Below, piece after piece: positions 32,226 to 43,567 of a DNA stretch of 64,000 nt (its first letter is position 1; every line of letters begins with the position of its first letter). A model generated the notes under the pieces. That model was not told where the DNA came from, searched no databases, and saw only the letters and a list, made by a program, of their open reading frames with translations. The position numbers and the translations under genes are program-made. Origin of the DNA: Diplonema japonicum (Eukaryota; Protista; Euglenozoa: Diplonemea); assembly GCA_964019335.1 (NCBI GenBank), contig OZ025653.1:682001-746000 (forward strand), read 5' to 3'.

Positions 32226-33968
32226 TCAAGAAAGGGAGCAGCGCGACTCACCTGCCTCGTCTCTCCGTTTGTGTCCGTTCGTGTCCACACGGAGGGACAT
32301 CTGGAGGTGGATCTCACCCTCAACGTCGCTGCCCTGCAGTTTATGCCAACAGTCGGCAAGCTCATGGAAGTTGAACCTGTACTTCACGAGGGGGATTTCA
32401 ACACTGCCGATGAAGTTCTTATCGAAGCACATGAACTTCAGGCTGTCGAAGAGGGTTACGCCGAATTCAAAAGTCTCGTTCCACACAGGGCACTCTCTGT
32501 CGTAGCAACACACTGTTCTTGCTTTTTCGCACTGTTTCCCTCTGTCCATTGTCCATATGATGCAGTGGCAGGCAAATGTCTTGCCCTGTGGGCCCAGCCC
32601 ACGTCCTTTGACCACTGTTAGAGTCATAATCTGTTTTACTCGTGCAGATTCCCTGAATTGCTCCCATCCCCCCGGGACCCACATTCCAGAAGGATCCTTA
32701 AACCCATTCCGGATGAAATATGACAGTGCTCTTGTGATCGGCATGAACTCCGATGGTGAGATGCTCGCGACCCTCAGCTTGTTGATGGGCTCGACGACAG
32801 GCAGCACCGTCCACCCAGCTGACTTAGAGCTGTCTCGGTACAGTGCAGCAAACACCAGCCCAATGGTCTCACGGCTCAGCTTTGTGAGGTTTGTCCTGAC
32901 AAGTTCTCGCCTATCCTCTTGGTTGTGCGTCGTGCCCTTGCCTACCTTCTTCTTCTTAACTTCGAACAGTCTGCAGTAAGCACCTGTGACCGATGCTAGT
33001 TTTGTATTCCACTCGCCGTCGCGCTCCACAGTCGAGACCGCGAAGAACAAAGTGTCCACGTTACTGCTGATCCTTGTTATGTGGATGTCGACCTTCTCTT
33101 TGTCAGAGCTTTTGGGGTCTGCTGTGGTGACTACGTTGTCGCCCCTATGGATGCATGCCATGTCGGTGGAGACGAGCTTGTTCTTTGAGTTCACGTGGTC
33201 GACGTACTCTCCGTTTTTGTCGAAGTAGATGACGGTGCAGTCCAGGTCCTCGTCTTTTGACCACCCGACACCAAACACGAGGTGCGTCACGCCTTCGCTG
33301 ACCTGTGTGCCGGCAGTCTGCTTGTCGGTATTAATGTTCACATGAAGTGCTTTCTTGTCCCGCAGTTCTTCGGGGATCTCTAGCAAGTCACGCATTTTTT
33401 GCAACAGTTGCAGGTCTCCAACGTTGTGCCCCTGCGCAGGGAGATTCAACTCGATCAGCTCCCATTCATGCGTCTTTCGCCCTCGGGGCGAGCTTGATTC
33501 GATATGCCTCGACCTCTTCAGTTCGCATACAATGGTGGCAGTGTGGTCCTTCGACAGGCGCACTGGAATGGACGTGATCTGTTCTTCAACCGTCATGTCA
33601 GTGACTTCACATGTCACAGAGTCCACGTTCCCAAGGTTGTAGGTTTTGTTGTGGCATGTGATGACAAGCATAAGATGGTACACCTCAGCAGGCACCTTGG
33701 ACAGAAACACTTGAATTGCCTCATCGTCATCGTCACCTTCACCTGTCGTGTTGTCGCCAGTGTGGATCATCCAGTCGCCCTCTGCCGTCAGTTTATTGAA
33801 GTACACCACGGTACCGGGGTTGCCCGCCTTGTCGAACGACACGCACGACACATCCAAGTCGAAGGGCTCGTCGCCGATGAAGTCCCACCGCAGTCCGAAG
33901 TTAAGCTCCCTGTTCGAGGGGATCAAGATGGGCAGGTTGTCACGTCCCTCGATATCCTGCTGCGACAT
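32226..33968 (-). CDS. TerD-TerD-C2 domain protein with C-terminal CaaX
   Basis: GLRWD..FDLDVS, VYFNKL, HTGDNTTGEGDDDDE; second repeat GVGW..DLD, HRGDN; C2-like LTVVKGRGL...PVWNETFEF...FIG; ends CSLS*. Confidence 0.85.
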   Translation of the reverse strand: MSQQDIEGRDNLPILIPSNRELNFGLRWDFIGDEPFDLDVSCVSFDKAGNPGTVVYFNKLTAEGDWMIHTGDNTTGEGDDDDEAIQVFLSKVPAEVYHLMLVITCHNKTYNLGNVDSVTCEVTDMTVEEQITSIPVRLSKDHTATIVCELKRSRHIESSSPRGRKTHEWELIELNLPAQGHNVGDLQLLQKMRDLLEIPEELRDKKALHVNINTDKQTAGTQVSEGVTHLVFGVGWSKDEDLDCTVIYFDKNGEYVDHVNSKNKLVSTDMACIHRGDNVVTTADPKSSDKEKVDIHITRISSNVDTLFFAVSTVERDGEWNTKLASVTGAYCRLFEVKKKKVGKGTTHNQEDRRELVRTNLTKLSRETIGLVFAALYRDSSKSAGWTVLPVVEPINKLRVASISPSEFMPITRALSYFIRNGFKDPSGMWVPGGWEQFRESARVKQIMTLTVVKGRGLGPQGKTFACHCIIWTMDRGKQCEKARTVCCYDRECPVWNETFEFGVTLFDSLKFMCFDKNFIGSVEIPLVKYRFNFHELADCWHKLQGSDVEGEIHLQMSLRVDTNGHKRRDEAGESRCSLS

Positions 33969-34017
33969 ATTGCCTGCAGTGCGGTGCGCCAAGCAGTGTT
34001 AAAGGGTGCATCAAATA

Positions 34018-35166
34018 TCATAGTAACATATGGAAATACGTCTCAAGAAGTTCTGGGAATGCATGAACATCCACCTCCACAGCATGCAGCTTGTGGAGTT
34101 GTGCGTATGTAGGCAGTCTATCACGGTGCCTGTTGTTGAGCGCACGGAACTCGTGGGAGAGGAGCTCTGCTGTTTTTTGGTCGTTCCGAATGTTTTTGAG
34201 GATGAAGGTTGACGCTGGGTCCAGGTCAGTGTACGTCGGTGTCGGGGTTCTGGGGGGACATAGGGAGAGAACCAATAATGCAGCGCTGAGTGTGGCGAAC
34301 AGAGTGCCCGCCTCGTCGGCCCTGTGTCCCCGGAGGATACTTTTCAAATCGACGCTCTTCCGCCGACGGGCCAGTCTCTTCTTGCGCACAAACCGCACCG
34401 ACCCTATCGTGACTGACAAGGATGGGGTCCTTGAAGGGGGCGCGGGTTGGAGGAACTGAGCAGACTGAAAACAAGAAGGGGAACCAAGCCTGGTAGGACT
34501 GTGCTTGGGGGATGCTACAGGGGAGTTGGCGTCACTGGTTGTTTCACTTTCTGCTTCCTTGTAGATATTCGAGGCGAGGAGCTGGAGGATAGGGATGGCT
34601 TCCGTCCTGATGAACCACCCAACCCAGTCGTTCAGCGTCATCCCGCTGTCGATGGCCTCGAGCAGGGGGGCAAGCTTCCCGGGGTTGTTGCAGCATTTCA
34701 ACACACAGGTTTGCGTGACCATTTCGTGTTCGTGTATGTTTTTAAAGACAAGCTCGGATTTTTCTCGTATCATGTCCAAGGTGCTTGTGATCTCTGTATG
34801 GCTTATCTTGGTAACGGTGTGACGTTCGTGTTCAAAGTCCTGAATGAGGGCGTTGAGCACATGGTCACGGTTGCCACCTTCAAGGGTCTCCCTTGCATCT
34901 GCCCCGTCCGTATCGTCTAGTGCAGTGATGAACTGCCACTTTGCTGTCTCCGATTGGAACACAGGGTTCCTCCCTTTTGCGAAGGACCACCGCTTACATC
35001 GGCGCCGTTCCCTTTTCTCAGTTGTGTTCTCATGTGGACAGTGTGTTAGCTGTGCCGTTATTTTCCTGCCTTTCACGCTGTACATCCCTCCCTTGTACTT
35101 CATTGCGAGCAGTGGCAACGCCTTCACGATCTCAGCAGAAGGGGTCACTCGTGACGTTTCCCTCAT
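34018..35166 (-). CDS. Hypothetical protein, 382 aa
   Basis: Long ORF on the coding strand; no motif recognised. Confidence 0.6.
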   Translation of the reverse strand: MRETSRVTPSAEIVKALPLLAMKYKGGMYSVKGRKITAQLTHCPHENTTEKRERRRCKRWSFAKGRNPVFQSETAKWQFITALDDTDGADARETLEGGNRDHVLNALIQDFEHERHTVTKISHTEITSTLDMIREKSELVFKNIHEHEMVTQTCVLKCCNNPGKLAPLLEAIDSGMTLNDWVGWFIRTEAIPILQLLASNIYKEAESETTSDANSPVASPKHSPTRLGSPSCFQSAQFLQPAPPSRTPSLSVTIGSVRFVRKKRLARRRKSVDLKSILRGHRADEAGTLFATLSAALLVLSLCPPRTPTPTYTDLDPASTFILKNIRNDQKTAELLSHEFRALNNRHRDRLPTYAQLHKLHAVEVDVHAFPELLETYFHMLL

Positions 35167-35490
35167 TGCAATGTTTAGTTACATGTGGCTTGTGTAGGGT
35201 TGTAGAGGGAGGGGAAAGATGTTAAGAAAAAAAACGGTCATTAAAAAGAATACACATCAAAAAAAAAGGAGGTTGTGGTGGTGGGGAAGGGTTTTTTTTT
35301 TCTGCTTCTTCGTCTTCTTTCTCCTCTCTTTTCCAGTTGCACAACATATAAGGACAAAGCGTGTTTACGCCCCCCCCCCCCCCCCCTTCCCCTCTTGCTT
35401 TCCCCTAAACTCTTTTCCTTTCTCCCCAGAAAAAAAAATCTATCATATGGGTATATATTTTCTAAAAAAGGGGGGTGTCAAATGTAGCCT

Positions 35491-35527
<37 letters not shown>

Positions 35528-35972
35528 ATACGTATTTACACCGTTTCTGGGGTATTCTGTTCGTTGCGACATACTGGGAACCCCCCGAAAGAAAACGATG
35601 AAAATAGCTTCAAGGCACGTTGAACACACCCCCCTCCCCCCCCTTAGAAATTCCCCATTGAAGGAAGGGGGCTTGGTGGTTTCGTTTTCTTCTCGAAATG
35701 TGCTTTCAAGTTATCTAAGTAACAGGTGGTCACCTTTTTTTTGGGGGGGGGGGGAACTGAAAGAAAAAAGAAAGAAAAGGACAGAGAGAACAAAAGAAAA
35801 CAACTTAATCCCCCAAGTCATGGGGACAGGAGGGAAACGGGGGGCAAAAGAGGGTATTTTTAAATCTAGATATCAAAATGAAAAAGACGGAAAAGAAAAG
35901 AAAAAAGAAAAGAAAAAGTAATAATACCCCCCCATATCCTGTTCTGATGCTCCCTCACCTTTCCCAACATCT

Positions 35973-36188
35973 CTAGCTTTCTTCTTCGTAGTGCAGTAAT
36001 TCTAATATGTGCCGCAGGTTTCCGGATGTCTGTGTTAAGTATAAAAAAGAAAGGGGGGAAAAAAGAAAAACGAACCTGCAACCACAACTTAAATCTTTCG
36101 TTTAGCTGTCTGGCCGTCTCAGCCTTGGCGCCACCCCTCTCTGTTGCTACCTGCCGCAACACGTTGCAGGCGTTGGTGGCTACTGATA

Positions 36189-36226
<38 letters not shown>

Positions 36227-37653
36227 CTTTGTCTGTACCTTTCGCTTCAACTCTTCCATATACGGCGCTGGGATGGAACAAGGATTGTTATGTGTGTCCC
36301 CCGCATGGTTTGTGAACGGTACCGTGACCTGGATTTGTTTCATTTTGTTTTCCCTCATTTTCATTTTTTTCTCCATACCGATGTGAACAACTCAGGATGG
36401 AGAAGAGATACTTGCTCGCCGAGCTGGTCCGCTTTGCAGAGACTGACCGGTGCATCCCACAAGTTCAGCAAGGGGTTCACTCCCACCAACCGCAGGTGGT
36501 CCTCAAGCGCAGGGTAAAACGTATTGTAAGGAGCAAGTTCTGTGTGCTTGTTCCCCTGCAGTACAAGAGGAGGTGTGTTGGTGCAGCAGTACACACGGCA
36601 GTCCACGGCGCCTTGTATCTTCAACCCTCTGCAGGGTACAATCAGCCTGACCTTCTCGCATGACTCCAGCGTCACGACCCCCGACACAGGGCCCAAGATG
36701 ATGTTGGTATCGGTGCACCCAAAGATGGTCACGTTGTGCATGGGTGCCAGCAGATAGATGTTCGCATGGTGGTTGCAGTATATCTGCGTGTTCTCAACAT
36801 CCGGCCCAAGCTCAGCTCCCTTGTGCACCATTGTCTTTACGTACCCGCGCACGATGGCCGTTTTGTGCCCTGGTTCCGAGGGCCAGAAGAGAACCTTGTT
36901 GTTCCTATCTGTCCAGGGCTTGTACCCGCACTTAGTGGGCCCCATGGGGATCATGCCGTCGTTGATGTGTTGCTGGACGAGGCTGATGTCGACGAGGGCT
37001 GACTTGTCGGTCCACCAAAAAGGCATCAGGGAGCCGAAGGGGAGGTCCTTCTTTGCACTGCCTGCGGTGCTGGTGTCGATCTCCTTCAGAACGATGCCGA
37101 AGGTGTTGACCTGCGCAAAGTTCACCTTGTACTTGTTCGGGGAGAGGAGCGCGAGGAGGTGGTAGAGGTGTTGCGTGACGAAGGTGGTCATCTTCTCGTG
37201 GTCGACGGCCATTGCATGGAGCGTGGCGTCGCCGTTGGGGGAGCCTGTCTGGCAGACAACGGACTGCCAAGCAGACTGCGAAGAAGCTGAGTTGGAAGGT
37301 GTGTGATGCTGCTGGCAGAAGACGAACAGAAGGAACGGTGGGAGCGGCACCGTCCGGTCAGCAAGCCAGCCAGCATGCTGCTTATTCGCTTTCCACGCAA
37401 GTTCGTCCCTGGTATGCTCCAGCTTCTCCTCAGCCCTCATTGTGTACGTGCAGAATAGTTCAAAAATGCTTCCTGCCACGCTTTCACTCAGACCCAAGCT
37501 GCTTGCACTAATATTCACCCAATCTGTATAGCTGATGACAGCCTTGTTCTGTACCGCATTCGGCACCTTCAACAGTGTCGAAAGAGTAAACTTCGGCGGC
37601 AGAGACACCGGCAGCACATACTGCTGGAACAGCTCCACCCTCACACAATACAT
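35973..37653 (-). CDS. TBCCD1: TBCC domain-containing protein 1; 3 introns
   Basis: IYLLAPM..VTIFGC..TNIILGPV, APYNTFYPALEDHL and NLWDAP. Introns 36329-36378, 36190-36238 and 36030-36075 restore the VPF..G.T..NP...F.LWL..SG tail. Confidence 0.87.
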
Positions 37654-38239
37654 TGCCCTCCCCCCGCCCTGTTAGGTGTTGCAGCGTGGAAGCTCATAAG
37701 GAAGGGGAGGGAAAAAAAAAAAAAAAAAGACATGGGGAGATATAACCGTAAACATGGACCCGATCACGCAAACGAAAGCCTGAGTTTTTTCGAAGATTAG
37801 TGATTTTTTTTTTTATTAAAGAATCTCTTTAGTTGTAAGATTTTTTTTTTTTTTTTTGCGTCTTTAAAAAAAATACCCCAGATGAAGGGTGCAAGATGAT
37901 GGCGTTTTATTTTGTTGTACAGAATATAAAAAAATATCCACCCATCCTCTGTTTTGCTTGACGTTTTGCGTGAGCGGGCCCATTAAAAATAATAATGTAA
38001 TGGGAAAGGGGAAAAGGTAAAAAAAATAAAAATAAAAATACACCACCCACCCCCCGATACTTTTTTTTTTTATATGATACTTTTTTTTTGTTGAAATGAA
38101 ATTTCTTTTTTTTTTTTTGTTTCTGGGGAAAAAAAGAGAGAAAAAAAAAAGGCAAGATTTTGTCCAAGAAACAGGTTATTCAGTAAAAAAAAATAGGCCC
38201 CTTTGAGGACACATTCCACCGCCACTGCCAATCACCGTG

Positions 38240-39583
38240 TTAAAGGGGTTCGTCAAGGTCTTCCAAGTCATCTAAATACATGTGCGAGGTATTCGTGGGT
38301 ATTATCTCGACTTCTTCTTCGCTGTCGAGCTCGTTGAGCTCCGGGCAAGGAAAGCGGAGGATAGCGGCAACCCCATTAAGAGACGATAACTGCTCCCCAG
38401 AGACGTGCATTGATGAGAAAATATGCACTTCGCCATTCAACTCTTGAACATTTTCAACAAGCTCCACGTACTTCTTTCTTTGCGCAACAGAATTGCTCCT
38501 GAAAACCGAGTCAAGGATCATTAGTGATTCCACAGCTTGTTTTTCCACAGCAGCGAAGACAGGGAGCGGCCCGTACACCACTCTGTCCTCGTCATTCTGC
38601 ATCATCTCGAAGAATTTTTCCAAACACTTCACCTCGGCGATGCTCTTGGTGTCTGTGAGCTTTGCTGCAATCGCTTTGGATGCGATGACTTCCTTCAGGC
38701 AGTGTAGATGCCCGCTGCTGCATGGTGCTAGCAACCATTTGCTTTTGCTTTTCACGATCTCCTTCAACTCTCTTTTAACACTTTCTTCCATGCAGTACTT
38801 CATGAAATCTTGGTTTACGAAACCTGGGCTGCACACGAGCAAGCATTTCACAATACCCCAGTTCACGTGCCGGATGACGCCTTGGAAGACCGCTTCGTAG
38901 AACTTCACGATAGTCTTATCGTGCTGCGAGGCTCCGGAGCGGCGCTTTCTCGGGATCGGGACTTCTATCCGCTGCTTCAGGATGGTCATCGACGAGGTTA
39001 GCAGGCAGATGTGCGCGATGCCTTCTTGAAGAACCACTGCTGCTACGTCCGCCTTGGACGTGCTGTCACATGCCTTTTATTATTATTTTATTTAAAAAAA
39101 AAAAAAAAAAACAAATATAATTTATACACACCTCCACTAACCGTTGATACACAACAGTGTCCCAGCATTCCTTCCCAATCCCGATCTCGCCTGATAACGT
39201 AGCGCTGACAGGGGTGACCTCGATGGTGTGAAACACACCCGATTTGACATGTTCGTTCTCGCAAGCTACTTTGCCCTGTTTTTTTGTTTTTTTTTTTTTG
39301 TTTTTTTTTTTCTTTGCTTTTGTGTGCACACCGAGTATCGGATCAAAGAAGACTGTGGATCGAAGTCTATACTTGTGATTTTAACGGTCAGGTTCAGCCT
39401 GATCTTGTTTGTTAGAACGTTGCCGGTGGTTCCGACGCTCTGCAGCTTTCGCCATGTAGATGCCCTCACGGTGTCGCCGACGTACACCAGGTTGTACAGC
39501 TGCCATAGATCCTCATCGTCTTCTATCTTCACCTTGACGGTGCCCCCACCGCCCCGCTCGAACCGCTTGTCCAATAGCTTCAT
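38240..39583 (-). CDS. PELO: Pelota/Dom34 ribosome-rescue factor; 2 introns
   Basis: EDLWQLYNLV..GD.V.AST.RK, ENEHVK.G..HT, LQEGIAHICL, IPRKR, SPGF and FSSMHVSGEQL. Introns 39276-39331 and 39074-39131. Confidence 0.95.
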
Positions 39584-39652
39584 ATTGTTTTATTTTATTT
39601 TTATAAAAGTTTTATAGAAAAGTTCACAATCGCATGTGTATGTGTGTGCCCT

Positions 39653-39695
<43 letters not shown>

Positions 39696-40577
39696 TTTTT
39701 TTCTATAAAAAAAAAATTAAAAAAAGGTGTATCGATTTTAGCGGTACCATGATTTGAGTGCTCACTTCAAAAAAAAAAAGAAAAAAACATTATGCCCCTT
39801 CAGGATTAACATTAAAAAATAACATGTCAAGGTCAGGGTGTGTGTTGGGGGGGGGGAGGGGGGGGGGGGAGAAGGGGGAAGGAGGAAAAAAAGAGAATTT
39901 TTTCGTTCCTTTTTTTTTTTTTTTTTTTTCAAAGAAAAATACACGTTGCCCTACTAAAAAGCAATCTTCTTTTGTTGTCATGTCAGTATAATCCAAAAGG
40001 CTCATCGGCTTTTTACTGTGGGCGTTGCTGTTCTTTCTTTTTTCCTTTTAATATTTTTTTTCGGGCGGGAACGGGAAGAGAGGTAGTAGGGAGGTGCTTT
40101 GACAAGGAAGGGGAAAGGAGTGAAGGGGGAAAAAAGGAGGGGGTGAGGGGGAGGTGAAATAGAGGGAGGAAACATTTTTGCTTGTTTTCTTTACTTTGGA
40201 ACTCCCCTCCCCCCCCTCTTTTCTCTCCCTCCAAAAAAAAACGAGAGGACAAGGGGAAAAAAAAATCTAAGTGGTGGGGTATAGTGATTCAGAGAAGGGA
40301 GATATCTAACGAGAGCAGAAAGAGGGTAGAAATGAAATCCTCTAATTTTCCCGGTTTTCTTTTATTTTTTTTTTAATTTTTTTTTTTCTGAAGGAAAAAA
40401 AAAAGATTCTATTTAACAGATACGGGGAGGGGAAAAAGACTAAAGCGGGTTGGGGATCTAAAAGGAGAAAAAAAAAATGAGAAGGCAATTTTATGAATAT
40501 TTTTTTTTGTTTTTTTTTTGTTTTTCTATTGAAGGGTACACAACAAAATAAAAGGGACGAACAATGACAACAACAAT

Positions 40578-42802
40578 TTAAACAAGGTTGTCACGCGAGG
40601 TGACCTTGGCCTTGCAGGAGTCTTCGATATCGAGGGGACCCTGTTTTTCATTTTTTCCCCCCCCTCTTCACACACCTTTGCGTTCCCTGTGAGGTCATTG
40701 CCCACAATGACGGCCTCACCATTGTTGCACACCCAGATGCCCTCGTACTTGTTTGCCTGGATGACGTTCTTCTCAATGTTGAGGTGCCCGCCAGAGGTAA
40801 CAAGCACACCAGCGTTGTGGTTCCCTGTGATCTTGTTATCCTTCACGGTGCCCTTCCCGTTCTCGAAGCAGTAGACGCCCGTTTCCTTCCCATTCCTGAT
40901 GTTGTTGCCCTGGATGAGGGGGTTGGCATGCGTCTTGATGAGCACACCCGCCTTCACGTTCCCTGTGATCTCGTTGTCCTTCACCACACCGCCGCCCCTG
41001 TCGCACAGGAACACACCCGCCTGCTTGTTGCTGTGGATGTGGTTGTTCGTGATCACCGGTGCCCCGCCTGCCTTCACGACGATCCCGCTGCCGCCGTTGT
41101 CGTAGATCTCGTTGCCCTGAATGACACCTTTGCTGTCGTGGCAGATGAACACGCCAGTGTCACGTCCGTTGTGGATCTTGTTGTCCTTCACAGTGGGCTG
41201 TGCGCCCCTCTTCAGCAACACTGCTGCGTAAGTGTTGTTGTAGATGTCATTGTGCTCAAGGAGCCCCTTGGCACCGTCGAACACGTACACGCCTGCCTGC
41301 GCACCGTCGTGGATCTGGCAGTGGTGGATGTGCGGCTCTGCTGTCTTGTGGATGGTGATGCAGGCACCGCCGTGGCTCGACAGGTCACACTTGCGCATCT
41401 TGGCAGTACCGTTCCTGAAGTCGGCGGCCACCCATTTGCCCTCGCCGTCCGCACTCTTCCTCTGCCTGATGACAAGGTTCTCAAGTTCAGCGCTTGCAGT
41501 GATGGTGCACACCGTCTTGTCTTCCACCTCGATGACGGGCCTCTTGTCGGGGTCTGCTGCAGTAAGTGTCACTGCCTTGTTGATATTCAGCGGCTTCCTG
41601 TACGTGCCCGGCTCGATGGTGATGACGTCCCCTGTGGAGGCGGCGTCGATGGCCTGCTGGATGCACCCACCCGCGACCACCCTTCTACCCTTCTCCTCGT
41701 TGATGGGGACGAACCCCTTGTTGCGCGCAACAGGGAAGCGGGGCGCTGCAGCGGGCTGCAGAACGGGGGTCTTGGCTTTCTTAGCGCCGGTTGGCAGAGC
41801 CCTGTTGTTGGCAATGGGTTGAAGGGGGGCTCTGTCGTCCTTGTCCTTCTCGTCCTTCAGCCTCTGGAGCTCACCCTTCAAACGCTTCACTTCGTCGTCC
41901 CTGTCTGCAAGCTTCTTCACCAGCTGGTCGTGATCGCCGTCGGGCTTGAGCCCTGCAGTCACACCGCTCTTGGAGCGCACCCTCAGCCCGTTGATGCCGT
42001 ATCGCTCCTTTTCAGAGTCGGTCGCGATCTTCATGAGCACCTCCCTAGCAGACGGCCTGTTGCGGGGGTCCTTTGCCAGCAGTGCAGTGGTCACCTGGGC
42101 AATCTTGGAGGAGTAGCCCCTTGCGGTGATCTCGGACTCGACGTCAGAGAGGATGCGATCGCCCTGCAGAAGGAGGGAGTTGATGGGGCGTTCCCTCAGG
42201 GTGCACAGCTCAAGGAGCACCACGCCAAGACCCCAGAGGTCGACCTTGTTTGTGTACCTCTGACGGAGGAGGAGCTCGGGTGCGAAGTAGTAGGGCGTGC
42301 CGACGATGGTCTTCCTGCAGGCCTCCTCACAACGACGGGAGAGACCGAAGTCACCGAGCCTGACGTTGTCGTCTTTGGTGAAGAAAATGTTAGTGGGTTT
42401 GATGTCCCTGTGGATGAAGTCCTGCTCGTGGAGGTAGTGCATGGCTGCGCACATCTGGACCATCCACTTGCGGATGCGGGCCTCCTCGAAGAAGGACTTC
42501 TTCCTCTTGGCCTCTTTGATGCGGTCGGAGAAGTCACCGCACTCGCAGAGTTCCATCGAAAGGCAGATGGAGTACTGCTGGTGCCTGTCCTTGTGCACGA
42601 AGAAGTCATGAAACCCGATAATGTTCTCGTGCTTCACGTTCGTCAGAACCTTGATCTCATGGAGCGCAAAGTTCATCTCGTGGCTGTCTCTGCACAAGAT
42701 TTGCTTTAAAGCATACAACTTCCCTGACTTCTTGTTCTTCACCTTGTGAACCTTCCCCTGACCGCCAGCACCAATCTGCCAGAGCTTCTCGTAGTCCTCC
42801 AT
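40578..42802 (-). CDS. NEK-family Ser/Thr kinase fused to a right-handed beta-helix (PbH1/CASH) domain; 1 intron
   Basis: GAGGQG, YALK, HRDIKPTNIF, DFG and GTPYYFAPE; then IQQAIDAA..GD.I.I.PGTY and many I..N.I..N..AGV repeats. Intron 40641-40675 (35 nt). Confidence 0.92.
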
Positions 42803-43567
42803 TGTATTTTTTTTTTTTTTTGTTCTAAAAAGTTCTAAAAGGATGTGTGGTCTGGACTATCCAAACGAAAACCTGTAATGTTTTTTTTTTCGTGCTTCTT
42901 TTTTTTTTCGTTTACTCCACAAAACACTAATAGACAAAATAGCTGAACAAAGTGGTATAAAAAAAGGGGGGGGTAATAGACAAGAAATTCACTATGATGG
43001 GGGGAAGTGTTTGTTGCAACGACCCACCGAAGAAAGGAAAGAGGGGAAAACAAAACTTTTTTCTTCTTTCTAGAGAGGGTGTGTGGAGGAATCATGTTTT
43101 TTTTTTTTCTTTCTCCGTCTTCTATTTCCTAATTCTCTTGAAAAATAAGGGCACCCCCCCCCCCCCCCCCCCCGCACGCAACCACCATGTGAAACGCACA
43201 CCCTTGCAGGAAAATAAAAAATGGGACACGGGCTGCACCATCTCTCGGTTCCACAGTCCTCCAGGTTGTCTTCTTCAGGCAAGGGGCACCCTAGTATCCT
43301 AGCAGCTTGGCTCTTCCAATCTTTCTTTCATACTCTTTCCTTTTCTTTCCTTTTCTTTTAATATGAGACTAAGAGAGTCTAATGGATGGGGTGTAGAATA
43401 GGGGAATGGGGAGCACGGGAGGGAGTGGAACTAAAAAAAAAAAAAGAAAACGGGAAGATAAGAGTAGCATAACAGATATTTTGTGTGGCCTCTATTACAT
43501 AAAAAAAAAAGAGAAATTTAATCTAAAAAAGAAAAAAAAAAAAGAATGAGGGGGGTTAACTTTTGAA

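Noticed and set aside
35219-40376. Many short K/F/G/P-rich ORFs in spacers
   Set aside because: Artefacts of A/T/G/C homopolymer runs, whose lengths may also carry sequencing error.
40784-42709. 641-aa plus-strand ORF
   Set aside because: Antisense shadow of the GC3-rich NEK gene; no motifs.
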